DNA of 64,000 bases from a virus: the IMG/VR virus record IMGVR_UViG_3300012944_000006. The stretch is one strand, 5' to 3'. The notes beneath the pieces were generated by a model that saw only the letters and a program-made list of their open reading frames with translations, had not been told where the DNA came from and made no database searches. A program made the position numbers and the translations under genes. Positions 9,982-17,711 of the stretch are shown here, in pieces; the first letter of the stretch is position 1, and every line of letters starts with the position of its first letter.

Positions 9982-10209
9982 CTATACTTTTGATTCTGGA
10001 TTATTAGGATACAAACAGTTATCAGTAACTTCGATAACCTTTTTAACCTGATTATACGAGTCTCTGATAGATAAGAGGGGTTTTACTGCCTGGTCTGAAG
10101 GTGTAACCTCCTCCAAGCACTGAGCAAAGCAATTGGCATCGCAGTCGGGTCCGACTGTTAGACATTCATCCAAGCCTTCCTGATATGATGTAGCTGATTT
10201 ATGATCCAT
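9982..10209 (-). CDS. hypothetical protein
   Basis: 75-aa ORF, start/stop-coupled to neighbours. Confidence 0.5.
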   Translation of the reverse strand: MDHKSATSYQEGLDECLTVGPDCDANCFAQCLEEVTPSDQAVKPLLSIRDSYNQVKKVIEVTDNCLYPNNPESKV

Positions 10210-10637
10210 TAATTTGGTTTAACGTCCTTAATTCCGGCGAATTTGGCTTTAAGGACTGCTAGATCCTTTGCATTTAAGTCATTGAAGATATTAATAGTAC
10301 TATTATCTCCAACCCAATTTTCGAGCTTTGCGAGATCCATGATAGCTTTCGCAGCTTTATCATATTGCTCTGCCTCGACCATCTTATTGATAATAAACAC
10401 AAGTTGACCCACCGCCGCAGTACGATTGCGAGATGGGTCATTCGCAAACTCCTTATAGAGTTTGTTGCGTTCTGTCGCCAGCACCTGTTTGAAGGATCGG
10501 GTGCGGACAATGTTCTCACACTCCCGGTTCGTAATCCCCAATTCGAGGAGCTGCGAGGCCCTGAAGAGTGTGCAACCCTCCACGACCATTATTGCAGCAG
10601 CTTTTTCGTACCAATGTTCGGGAGTTCGGTTGTTCAA
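10209..10637 (-). CDS. terminase small subunit (putative)
   Basis: 142 aa, HTH-like segment ASQLLELGITNRECENIV, located upstream of terL with two small ORFs between. Confidence 0.4.
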   Translation of the reverse strand: MNNRTPEHWYEKAAAIMVVEGCTLFRASQLLELGITNRECENIVRTRSFKQVLATERNKLYKEFANDPSRNRTAAVGQLVFIINKMVEAEQYDKAAKAIMDLAKLENWVGDNSTINIFNDLNAKDLAVLKAKFAGIKDVKPN

Positions 10638-10823
10638 TTTAAATTTGTGGCGTTTCTCTGAACGGTTCTCAAGTCACACAACTTTCGCGGGGCATGTGTC
10701 GCCTATCACCCTACTTGCAGCCTAAGGAAGCTTTCGGGTGCGATGCTTAATACGGGATAGTGCCAGGGAGAATGTCCGTTGCGGACGGTAAGGAAGGAGA
10801 GATCACACTATCCCGTATAACTA
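10638..10823 (-). promoter_or_regulatory. structured 186-nt leader/intergenic RNA
   Basis: 13-bp perfect inverted repeat 10750-10762 / 10806-10818 enclosing hairpin gtccg-ttg-cggac (10774-10786). Confidence 0.4.
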
Positions 10824-12098
10824 TCAGTACCATAACACACCCTTTTGTACCATCCCATTGAAAGAATTTTCATATATTTTTTCACATTCTTCCTCAGAGA
10901 GGGGACTACAGCCTGGTGGGGGGGTATTCCGATAGAAATCTCTTAAGTCCTTGGATAGCAGAGCTTCGCAGTGAATCTGCGGACAGTACGCCGCTGCTCT
11001 TCCTAATCCCCAAGAATTCGTGTTCACAGACGGATATAGCTGCTGATAGAAAAAGATAGACTGGGTTTCGTGTACTGGGGTCATCGTCCTCGGCTGGCTC
11101 CGCCAGTAAACATGAGAGTCCGTACGCCTCACGAAGAAGGGACTGTAGGGTTTCCCATCGCGTATTTCGGATGTCACTAACCATTTAGGCTTTAATCTCC
11201 TAAGTTCTTCAGTATTTGAGGGATATAGGCTTCTCCAGCGCTCTGCTGCCTCTTCCAGGCCTGCACGGGGCTTCCAGTTGGTCCGGGCTTCAACTCTGTT
11301 GGCTGAGGCAAACCGGGGGCAATTAGGTGTCCAAAGCCATTGGGTCATCTCAATTCGCATGTCAAAGTGGCATTTGAAACAAATTATCTCATGTTCATAG
11401 ACATTCTTCCACATATCCTCCAAAGCCCAGACTTTATTGGGGATAATGTGCATCGGATCATTTTTCAGGACTGGTCTACAGGCGTAGTCGAATGGAAGTG
11501 GTTCATGACATATTGAGCAGTTTCGTCCCAGGGTAAGGAGGATTTTGTGCCAAAGCTCGCATTTGGCGAATTCTTGGGCTGTATTGGGTCCCGGTCGATA
11601 AGGGCCGAATTTTGCATGGTGGGCGTAGATAGAGAGCCACTTACATACGTTTCGGACATAGCGCTTCGCAGCACCCTCAACAGCTTTGTCAACGCTCCCT
11701 CTGTCTGGCGCATTGAATCTATTAGTGTTTTTAACGTATCTTCGCCAAGAAGTTCGTTTTTCGTTCTCAAAATTCCAGTTAAGGACTTTCTCTCGGCCTT
11801 TAATGCTGACTGCTTCTGGTTTAAATACTGGCGGGTGTGTTTTAACGTCGTTAACAATTCGTTCGTACCATCTAGTATATCCATAGAAGAACCTGTCAAT
11901 TGCTTCTTGTTCACTTAAATCCTTCCATGCTGCTTTATAGTTTGGTTTTCTTGTCTCATGATGGTAGTCTTTGAACTTTTGAAGCTGATCTCCCTTGTCT
12001 TCTCGGGACATATCCTTGTATTTCTGGCGTCTCAAGAGGTTATAAGCATCTTTCTCCTCCTGGGTCATTGCATTCCAATTTCTAGGCATTCTCCACAT
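10824..12098 (-). CDS. HNH-domain protein (terminase-associated type?)
   Basis: CSICHEP...MHIIPNKV...ICFKCHFD matches the CxxC..H..N..CxxCH HNH layout; adjacent to packaging genes. Confidence 0.6.
   Translation of the reverse strand: MWRMPRNWNAMTQEEKDAYNLLRRQKYKDMSREDKGDQLQKFKDYHHETRKPNYKAAWKDLSEQEAIDRFFYGYTRWYERIVNDVKTHPPVFKPEAVSIKGREKVLNWNFENEKRTSWRRYVKNTNRFNAPDRGSVDKAVEGAAKRYVRNVCKWLSIYAHHAKFGPYRPGPNTAQEFAKCELWHKILLTLGRNCSICHEPLPFDYACRPVLKNDPMHIIPNKVWALEDMWKNVYEHEIICFKCHFDMRIEMTQWLWTPNCPRFASANRVEARTNWKPRAGLEEAAERWRSLYPSNTEELRRLKPKWLVTSEIRDGKPYSPFFVRRTDSHVYWRSQPRTMTPVHETQSIFFYQQLYPSVNTNSWGLGRAAAYCPQIHCEALLSKDLRDFYRNTPPPGCSPLSEEECEKIYENSFNGMVQKGVLWY
10896..10918 (-). promoter_or_regulatory. 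dispersed motif copy inside the 3' end of 10824-12098
   Basis: - strand reads caccaggctgtagtcccctctct. Confidence 0.4.
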
Positions 12099-12423
12099 AC
12101 TCCACTTTAAGGTTCTTATCCTGCATCATTTCGTCAACTTTACGCTCAACCTCTGCAATAATGCCTTTTCTACGCATAACTTCCATCTTTATCCATGTTT
12201 GCATCAAAGAATTCTCACAACACTTGCGAAAAGCTTCCTTCTTGTTCGAAGGTTGATCTCTTCCGTCTCTATGTTCTGCTCGGGCTCCAGAAGGTGGATG
12301 GATGCAACGTACCCCATTTTGCTTGGCATTGCGGTGTTGACCCCCATTTCCGCCTGTGCAGAAGGTTTGAAAGATAAAATCAGAAGCTGTTAAGGAAAAC
12401 AGTGGTTTTCTATTCTCATCCAT
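12082..12423 (-). CDS. GGQ-domain protein, class-I release factor / ArfB-like peptidyl-tRNA hydrolase
   Basis: TGGNGGQHRNAKQNGVRCIHPPSGARAEHRDGRDQPSNKK aligns by eye with the RF1/RF2/ArfB motif SGxGGQxVNKxxSAVRxxHxPTGxxxxCQxxRSQxxNK. Confidence 0.85.
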   Translation of the reverse strand: MDENRKPLFSLTASDFIFQTFCTGGNGGQHRNAKQNGVRCIHPPSGARAEHRDGRDQPSNKKEAFRKCCENSLMQTWIKMEVMRRKGIIAEVERKVDEMMQDKNLKVEYVENA

Positions 12424-12470
12424 AATATCCTATATGTACCAAATCGACGGTTTTTGTACCAAAATAATCG

Positions 12471-12601
12471 GGGAACGAGTAAATGAGGAGGCAGGGCCTC
12501 TAAAATATATATATAATAAATAAAAAATTACACATAATGTCACTATATAGAGACTTGTTCCCCTATTTTTAGAGACCACCCTTGCTCATTTACTCGTTCC
12601 C
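12471..12601. repeat. nested inverted repeats around an AT-rich core
   Basis: 17-bp perfect arms gggaacgagtaaatgag (12471-12487) / ctcatttactcgttccc (12585-12601); inner tctaaaa/ttttaga arms; core aaaatatatatataataaataaaaaatt. Confidence 0.8.
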
Positions 12602-12614
12602 GCAATTTCAGCGC

Positions 12615-12634
12615 GAGGGGAGCTTTGCCTGGTG
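12615..12634 (-). promoter_or_regulatory. dispersed motif copy, minus-pointing member of a back-to-back pair
   Basis: - strand reads caccaggcaaagctcccctc, at the divergent junction. Confidence 0.5.
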
Positions 12635-12660
12635 CTGGCGTAAGTCCTTTGTTTTCATCC

Positions 12661-12681
12661 CACCAGGCCTTAATCCCCTAT
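12661..12681 (+). promoter_or_regulatory. dispersed motif copy, plus-pointing member of a back-to-back pair
   Basis: caccaggccttaatcccctat followed by tggaggt. Confidence 0.5.
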
Positions 12682-13246
12682 TGGAGGTAACATTCCCTGT
12701 GGAATCAATGACTTACGGTGATTTATTATTCGCCTAGCGGCTCATAATAAGTCTTTTGGAATCAATAGGTTGCAGACACGAGAAAGAGGTCATATTTTAA
12801 AAACTCCAAATTTTGGAGATGGGACCCATAATAACATCCGTCTGGCCAGCATGAAGCCTAAACTCAATGCTATCAATGACTTAGCTATACCTAGGTCAGG
12901 ATGGATAGTGAATAGGGTATTCACTCTAAGTTCTTTGTTATCAATAAGATACGAGATACGTAGTATACTACATAGTCCCCTAGCTATGTTGTTGATAACA
13001 AACGGGTTAGCGCTACATAGCACGGCCCTCGTGTTGATTCTAAAGGACTTAGGCTCTCAAGCTCAGAGCCATGTCACCGCGCCGAGTGGTCGCCGAGCAC
13101 CCTGAAAATTTTTTATCTCGTTTGTTTTCAGCGAGTTGCCACGTTTTCCACAGGCCGAAAAACCGCGAAAATTCAGGGAGGGTGTTGCAGCGCCCGCATG
13201 GTTGCAACGGTGAGCATCTCAGGATGCAGCCTTAAGGAGGGCTAAC

Positions 13247-13453
13247 ATGGACGCAAGAGTAGTTAGTGTCCAAGACGTTAAGCACAATGCCGTGAGATTT
13301 ACCGCCATTGTCGATTCAATGCATTTCGTTGACGCTATGTTTTGTGTCAATGAGTTCTATCGGCACCATTCAGTGAGTTACATCGGCGCTTTCGATGGTC
13401 AGCATTGGTTTGAAATGAATCGGCGTTACTCGCTACCTAGCGATATCGTCTAA
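13247..13453 (+). CDS. hypothetical protein (first + strand gene)
   Basis: 68 aa, strong RBS aaggaggg 5 nt upstream. Confidence 0.65.
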   Translation: MDARVVSVQDVKHNAVRFTAIVDSMHFVDAMFCVNEFYRHHSVSYIGAFDGQHWFEMNRRYSLPSDIV

Positions 13454-13505
13454 TCTCAACCTTCTAACCCTCTAGCCTTGCTAGAAGAAATGAGGAGAAT
13501 GAGAT

Positions 13506-13664
13506 ATGTTGTGGCAACTATTCTACTCTATTGATGGAATAGAGTATTTCTCCGCTTCCGATGATAATTTGACTAATGTTAATCTTCGGGCTGAATTTAA
13601 ACGCAAGTTTTACAATGCTACTAATATCTATATAGTAGCAACGTGCACTAGTTATTGCGGATAA
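13506..13664 (+). CDS. small hypothetical protein (52 aa, not in ORF track)
   Basis: ATG preceded by gaggag RBS; fills the gap between 13453 and 13689. Confidence 0.45.
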   Translation: MLWQLFYSIDGIEYFSASDDNLTNVNLRAEFKRKFYNATNIYIVATCTSYCG

Positions 13665-13733
13665 GCCCATTTTCCATGGGATTCTACGTTGCATCCCTTG
13701 CTTAAACCTTTAACCCCCGGTCTTACCGGGAGA

Positions 13734-14150
13734 ATGGAATATACCATGTCCGATTACGTTATCCCCGTTGACTTCCGCATTAACTCTGACAAAGAGTTAG
13801 CAGCATTCCTTCTTGCACACGTTGACTTCGCCAAGCTCGGCGGAGACAGTGAGTACATTCGGGAATCGGAGAATGTAAGTCCTGAACTCTTGGCAAAAAG
13901 CAAAAAAGAGAAGAATGTGTACTACACTCGTACAGTTCATGCTCAGAAACCAGTTTTCCTCATCGGCTCACAGTTGGAAGATGGTTCTGAGGTTGAAGAA
14001 CAATGGATCGGCTCTAGGATGCAGTGCACAATCAACATCCAACGCATTGCTCCATACGTCCCGACCGCAGAGAAGGTAGAAACACCAGAACCCGCTGCTC
14101 CCAGAGCCGCTATGACGTTTGGAGCACTCAAGGCAAAGTTCGCCAAGTAG
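13734..14150 (+). CDS. hypothetical protein
   Basis: ORF 13689-14150 trimmed to the first ATG (alternative ATG at 13746). Confidence 0.6.
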   Translation: MEYTMSDYVIPVDFRINSDKELAAFLLAHVDFAKLGGDSEYIRESENVSPELLAKSKKEKNVYYTRTVHAQKPVFLIGSQLEDGSEVEEQWIGSRMQCTINIQRIAPYVPTAEKVETPEPAAPRAAMTFGALKAKFAK

Positions 14151-14162
14151 GGGAGGTTCAAA

Positions 14163-14339
14163 ATGAAACACTTGCATGTTTCAATTCACCGCTATGATGG
14201 CTTTAATACTTGGGCCTCGTACGGTACACACTGTTTCACTTTCGGCTGGTTTTCTATCAGCCATACGAAAGAATCAAGTTGTTCTGGTCGAGACTGCCTG
14301 TACGGAAAGTGCAAACTGCATCCGATAATTTACCCCTAA
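14163..14339 (+). CDS. small Cys-containing hypothetical protein (58 aa)
   Basis: ggggagg RBS 7 nt upstream; followed by a terminator. Confidence 0.5.
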   Translation: MKHLHVSIHRYDGFNTWASYGTHCFTFGWFSISHTKESSCSGRDCLYGKCKLHPIIYP

Positions 14340-14360
14340 GCACATTCGATTGAAATACTT

Positions 14361-14396
14361 AGCACCCAGTTTAACCGCTGGGTGCTTTTCTCTTTT
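14361..14396 (+). terminator. rho-independent terminator
   Basis: agcacccag-tttaaccg-ctgggtgct 9-bp stem followed by tttctctttt. Confidence 0.8.
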
Positions 14397-14895
14397 ATGC
14401 GCTATTATGCAATTGCCTAATGGCGAACAAAAGGGAAAAAGTTACACGGTAGGTAAAATTTACCATGCACAGTGTAAAAAATTCGCGTTCGCCTGGAACT
14501 ACGAAACCTTTCGTAGGGCAATCGGCAAAGGGGTCAAAACGTCGATCGACTCCGACCGCACAGCGCGGTTTGCTGGCGTCCAGAGGCCCCGTCAGCGCGT
14601 TGAAAGCAGCGTGGTGCACCTGCCCCACTCAAATTTGCCTGAAACGGCTCAATTGGCGCGGTAAAACGATTTACCAAATTTTCCTCAATTTTCGCCCAAC
14701 TCCACTCACTAGCACACTAACGCTATGGGATGTATATGTAGGATGCTACATAGGGGACAATGTAGCCCAAGAGGGTAAATGGACATTTACCGTTGTATGC
14801 AATACGCCACTCCCGCTAGACCAGTATATGTACATGTCTCTAACGGCACTACAGCACTACTGTGAAACAACAACCCCGCAAATGAGGTTAGCATT

Positions 14896-15045
14896 ATGAA
14901 CCAATTCATTCCTATTAACGCTGCTGTTAATGCAAAACTAACAGTGGCCGAACTGATTAGTATCCTTAGCATTACACCCAAGGATACTATATTATACTTT
15001 AAACTGAAAGCGTTGTACCGTAAGGTGTTACGGGAGGCCAGATGA
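14896..15045 (+). CDS. small hypothetical protein, possible HTH (49 aa)
   Basis: gagg RBS; ATGA overlap with the next ORF; LTVAELISILSITPKDTILYF resembles a helix-turn-helix. Confidence 0.45.
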   Translation: MNQFIPINAAVNAKLTVAELISILSITPKDTILYFKLKALYRKVLREAR

Positions 15046-15404
15046 ACTTTGCTACATACAAAGCGAAGTTAAGCCAAGAGCAGGATGGACATAAGTCCTT
15101 TCGTCCATTCCCCTTAACGGCTGAGACTGAAGACACTCAGCTTATGCGTCTCGAAGATGAGACAGAAAGCGTGAGACTACACCACGCTCTAAAGATTGCC
15201 AAACAATGCTATGACCGCATAGTATTAGGGCAAATGACTTCCGTACCAAACGACATCGAACGGTATTGCCAAGTAGAGCAAGTGTGGCATACCATGATAC
15301 CTGCCATTGTATCAATGGTGGTTGACCTTAACCCGATGTATAACCCAGATGCTATCGCGCCTAGTTACAAGTGCGCCAAGCATTTCCTGAAAGGGAGAAT
15401 ATGA
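15042..15404 (+). CDS. hypothetical protein
   Basis: 120-aa ORF, translationally coupled on both sides. Confidence 0.6.
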   Translation: MNFATYKAKLSQEQDGHKSFRPFPLTAETEDTQLMRLEDETESVRLHHALKIAKQCYDRIVLGQMTSVPNDIERYCQVEQVWHTMIPAIVSMVVDLNPMYNPDAIAPSYKCAKHFLKGRI

Positions 15405-15760
15405 GAGAATTAAGCGCAACATCAACCCCTGAAGAAGTAAGAACAGCGTGGGCTTTTGCATTAGAGAGTGGAGAGTACCCCCAAGGCAAGCTCTACCTAA
15501 ACAACAATGATCAATTTTGTTGCTTAGGTGTCCTCTGTGAACTTGCCGTAAAAGCAGGCATGACTGAACGAGGTACTGAGATTCTTGTAAGATACGAGGA
15601 TAAAAATGGATATGGTGATGCCAGCACTCAATATGCCCCAACTGGTGTTAGGATGTGGGCAGGATTGTCCTCTTCTGAACAGCAGAGATTAACAGTTGCT
15701 AATGACTTCTATAACAAGTCCTTCTCCGAAATAGCAGAGATGGTTAGAGCAATCGATTAG
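15401..15760 (+). CDS. hypothetical protein
   Basis: Trimmed to the ATG at 15401 (gggaga RBS, ATGA overlap). Confidence 0.6.
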   Translation: MRELSATSTPEEVRTAWAFALESGEYPQGKLYLNNNDQFCCLGVLCELAVKAGMTERGTEILVRYEDKNGYGDASTQYAPTGVRMWAGLSSSEQQRLTVANDFYNKSFSEIAEMVRAID

Positions 15761-15804
15761 TTCTTGCTCAAGCCCACATAACAGTGGGCTTTATGGAGGA
15801 ACTA

Positions 15805-15930
15805 ATGACAACTTTAATACTTTTCTTCGGGATGGTTTTAGCCAACCATTCTGGTTTTAACGTACCACCACCGCACGGACATATGCCAGTACAGTATGGC
15901 GTACCTCCGGGCAGAACTTCTCTACGATAG
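15805..15930 (+). CDS. 41-aa hydrophobic peptide
   Basis: ggagga RBS; MTTLILFFGMVLA hydrophobic N-terminus. Confidence 0.4.
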   Translation: MTTLILFFGMVLANHSGFNVPPPHGHMPVQYGVPPGRTSLR

Positions 15931-15954
15931 CGATGACATTAGATTGCTATCTAA

Positions 15955-15978
15955 CACCAGGCCATCAACCCCCTCTAT
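15955..15978 (+). promoter_or_regulatory. dispersed motif copy
   Basis: caccaggccatcaaccccctctat, 49 nt before the ATG at 16028. Confidence 0.5.
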
Positions 15979-16027
15979 TAGGAACATCAACATTTTGTTT
16001 TAACAATCAGGTAAAAAGGAGTAAACA

Positions 16028-16294
16028 ATGAAGAAATTAGTATCTGTAACTGAAGTAGAAGGAGAAGGGCTCGAAGCTCTTCTTGGTGAACAGGTTCTCT
16101 TGTTCGGATTAAATTATATTTATGCTGGAAAACTTTCCGGTGTAAACGACACGTTTGTACAATTGGAGGAGGCTTCAATTGTTTATGAGACAGGACCTTT
16201 TAACACAAAAGGTTACAAAGACGCTCAGACACTTCCAGGAAACGCCTGGTACGTCCAACGCGGAGCTATTGAGTCTTTCGGTCTTGGAAAATAA
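16028..16294 (+). CDS. hypothetical protein
   Basis: 88 aa, aaggag RBS, dispersed motif copy 49 nt upstream. Confidence 0.65.
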   Translation: MKKLVSVTEVEGEGLEALLGEQVLLFGLNYIYAGKLSGVNDTFVQLEEASIVYETGPFNTKGYKDAQTLPGNAWYVQRGAIESFGLGK

Positions 16295-16527
16295 TGATCC
16301 GAGGACGAAAACAACGTTGGTCTGGGACTGGATCTGGATCTGGGTCTTGGTCTAGGACTGGGTTTTGGTCTGGATCTGGGTCTTGGTCTTGGACTGGGTC
16401 TGGATCTGGGTCTTGGTCTAGGACTGGGTTTTGGTCTGGATCTGGGTCTTGGTCTTGGACTGGATCTGGGTCTAGGACTGGATCTAGGACTGGATCTGGA
16501 TCTGGGTCTAGGTCTGGATCTTGGTAA
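16294..16527 (+). CDS. Ser/Gly/Trp/Thr/Arg dipeptide-repeat protein, copy 1
   Basis: MIRGRKQRW then (S/T/F)(G/W/R) repeats to the stop; TAATG overlap with the upstream ORF. Confidence 0.6.
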   Translation: MIRGRKQRWSGTGSGSGSWSRTGFWSGSGSWSWTGSGSGSWSRTGFWSGSGSWSWTGSGSRTGSRTGSGSGSRSGSW

Positions 16528-16536
16528 AGAGTAATA
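16294..16536 (+). repeat. hexanucleotide-periodic array, direct repeat copy 1
   Basis: units (tct/act/ttt)(ggg/gga/tgg/agg); 11 GATC sites in 16296-16520; same flanks as 18105-18347. Confidence 0.95.
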
Positions 16537-16578
16537 TACCCGATACGTAAATGTATCCATTGAGTTACGGAGGTAACC

Positions 16579-16770
16579 GTGCAATCTGAATGGGATTTGT
16601 GGTTGGACACATTTGTCCAACTACAACACGCAGCCATTGCAGTTAAGAAAGATCATGAGGCTGTATTAGCTATTAGCCATGCAGCGCACGAACTTAACCG
16701 TTGTAAAGCAGGCTATCATCAACCCGGTGGCAAAAAGTTCTATCCATTTGGATTTGAGATGTTGGCCTAA
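16579..16770 (+). CDS. hypothetical protein
   Basis: GTG start with ggagg RBS. Confidence 0.55.
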   Translation: MQSEWDLWLDTFVQLQHAAIAVKKDHEAVLAISHAAHELNRCKAGYHQPGGKKFYPFGFEMLA

Positions 16771-16812
16771 ACACAGTCCTCCCCCAATTAACCCGCTGTA
16801 AACAGGTGACTT

Positions 16813-17097
16813 ATGCACATTGAGATTATTCCTCAAGACCATAAAACAGTTGAGCAGACAACGAATAAGTTCGCTACTGCCCATCCTGAGTTTGTCAACC
16901 CACTAACGATAGCGTTGACACGTCGTTATCTTAAGGCTGAATACCACGCAGCAACACGCAATCGCACGTTAGTGCTATTCACCAAAGAGAAGGGTAAGAA
17001 GGCAAAAGTCGTAGCCTCCTACCTAATGACAAAACAACACTCTAACAGCTATGAAATTCCTATCTCGAAGGAGTTTCTTAACTCTAAGGCGGTGTAG
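16813..17097 (+). CDS. hypothetical protein
   Basis: 94-aa ORF in + operon. Confidence 0.55.
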   Translation: MHIEIIPQDHKTVEQTTNKFATAHPEFVNPLTIALTRRYLKAEYHAATRNRTLVLFTKEKGKKAKVVASYLMTKQHSNSYEIPISKEFLNSKAV

Positions 17098-17099
17098 TC

Positions 17100-17342
17100 A
17101 TGCCCCTTACAGTAGATCGTACACCTATTCAACGAGCTGTTGCTAAGTTCCCCTCCACGTTTCATTTAATAGATACGTGGGACGCAACATTTCGCATAAA
17201 CCCGGACAAATCCTACTGGGATAACAACGGGGTAATCAAACTGCAGGTTGAAGTTGTTGAGAACACCAACAACGATGAATGGCGTCCATTCTGCTTCTAC
17301 ACAGTTATGGGATTGGCATCACGTTTGGAGGTAGAACCATGA
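17100..17342 (+). CDS. hypothetical protein
   Basis: 80-aa ORF in + operon. Confidence 0.55.
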   Translation: MPLTVDRTPIQRAVAKFPSTFHLIDTWDATFRINPDKSYWDNNGVIKLQVEVVENTNNDEWRPFCFYTVMGLASRLEVEP

Positions 17343-17536
17343 AAGACATGGATGCTTCTCTAACAATTGTTAAACGTGTTCGTCTCCCCAGGTACTACGG
17401 CAATGGTACATTTGATACCTACATCGACATGTACCCGATAGACATCCCTAGACGATGGGAAGAGTTACTTTCCATCAGTGACAGAAACTACCTTGCTAAC
17501 CTACGAATAGGGTATAAAAATGACCCTCTCTATTAA
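17339..17536 (+). CDS. hypothetical protein
   Basis: Trimmed to the ATG at 17339 (ATGA overlap with the preceding stop). Confidence 0.55.
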   Translation: MKDMDASLTIVKRVRLPRYYGNGTFDTYIDMYPIDIPRRWEELLSISDRNYLANLRIGYKNDPLY

Positions 17537-17708
17537 CATTTCAGCCCAAACCCCCTATCTAGCCATCAGGGAGGGATACGTTCTACCGTATCCCATCTCT
17601 GATTGTGCTAGTGCAAAGGACATGGTTCCATACGCAATCTATCCTAGCGTCTCAGCGTTAATAAAGATGCTATCCACCAGGCCCCTAACCCCCTCTATGG
17701 AGAACTAG
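17520..17708 (+). CDS. hypothetical protein
   Basis: 62-aa ORF; its 3' end contains a motif copy. Confidence 0.45.
   Translation: MTLSINISAQTPYLAIREGYVLPYPISDCASAKDMVPYAIYPSVSALIKMLSTRPLTPSMEN
17675..17698 (+). promoter_or_regulatory. dispersed motif copy
   Basis: caccaggcccctaaccccctctat then ggagaactagaga ATG 17712. Confidence 0.5.
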
Positions 17709-17711
17709 AGA

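Noticed and set aside
12770-13105. ORFs 12770-13105 (+) and 12790-13023 (-) in the divergent control region
   Set aside because: No RBS, a TTG start, odd composition, and they coincide with repeat and palindrome elements. Treated as non-coding.
14350-14981. ORFs 14350-14664 (+), 14465-14899 (+), 14395-14628 (-), 14787-14981 (-)
   Set aside because: They begin inside or just after a strong terminator, lack an RBS, overlap each other in different frames, and have Arg/Ser/Cys-rich non-protein-like composition.
12424-15041. tRNA genes in the long non-coding stretches (also 22595-22894, 23285-23533, 33114-33424, 33771-33908)
   Set aside because: I looked for GTTCRANYC T-loop boxes with matching acceptor and anticodon stems and found no cloverleaf. 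A tRNAscan-SE/ARAGORN run would be the proper test.
16225-16637. Minus-strand ORFs 16225-16620 (Pro/Arg/Ser-rich) and 16266-16637 (Asp/Pro-rich) across repeat array 1
   Set aside because: A 6-nt periodic array lacks stop codons in several frames, so long antisense ORFs are expected artefacts. They run against the operon direction, have no RBS, and extend into unrelated flanks. The + frame has conserved start signals in both copies.
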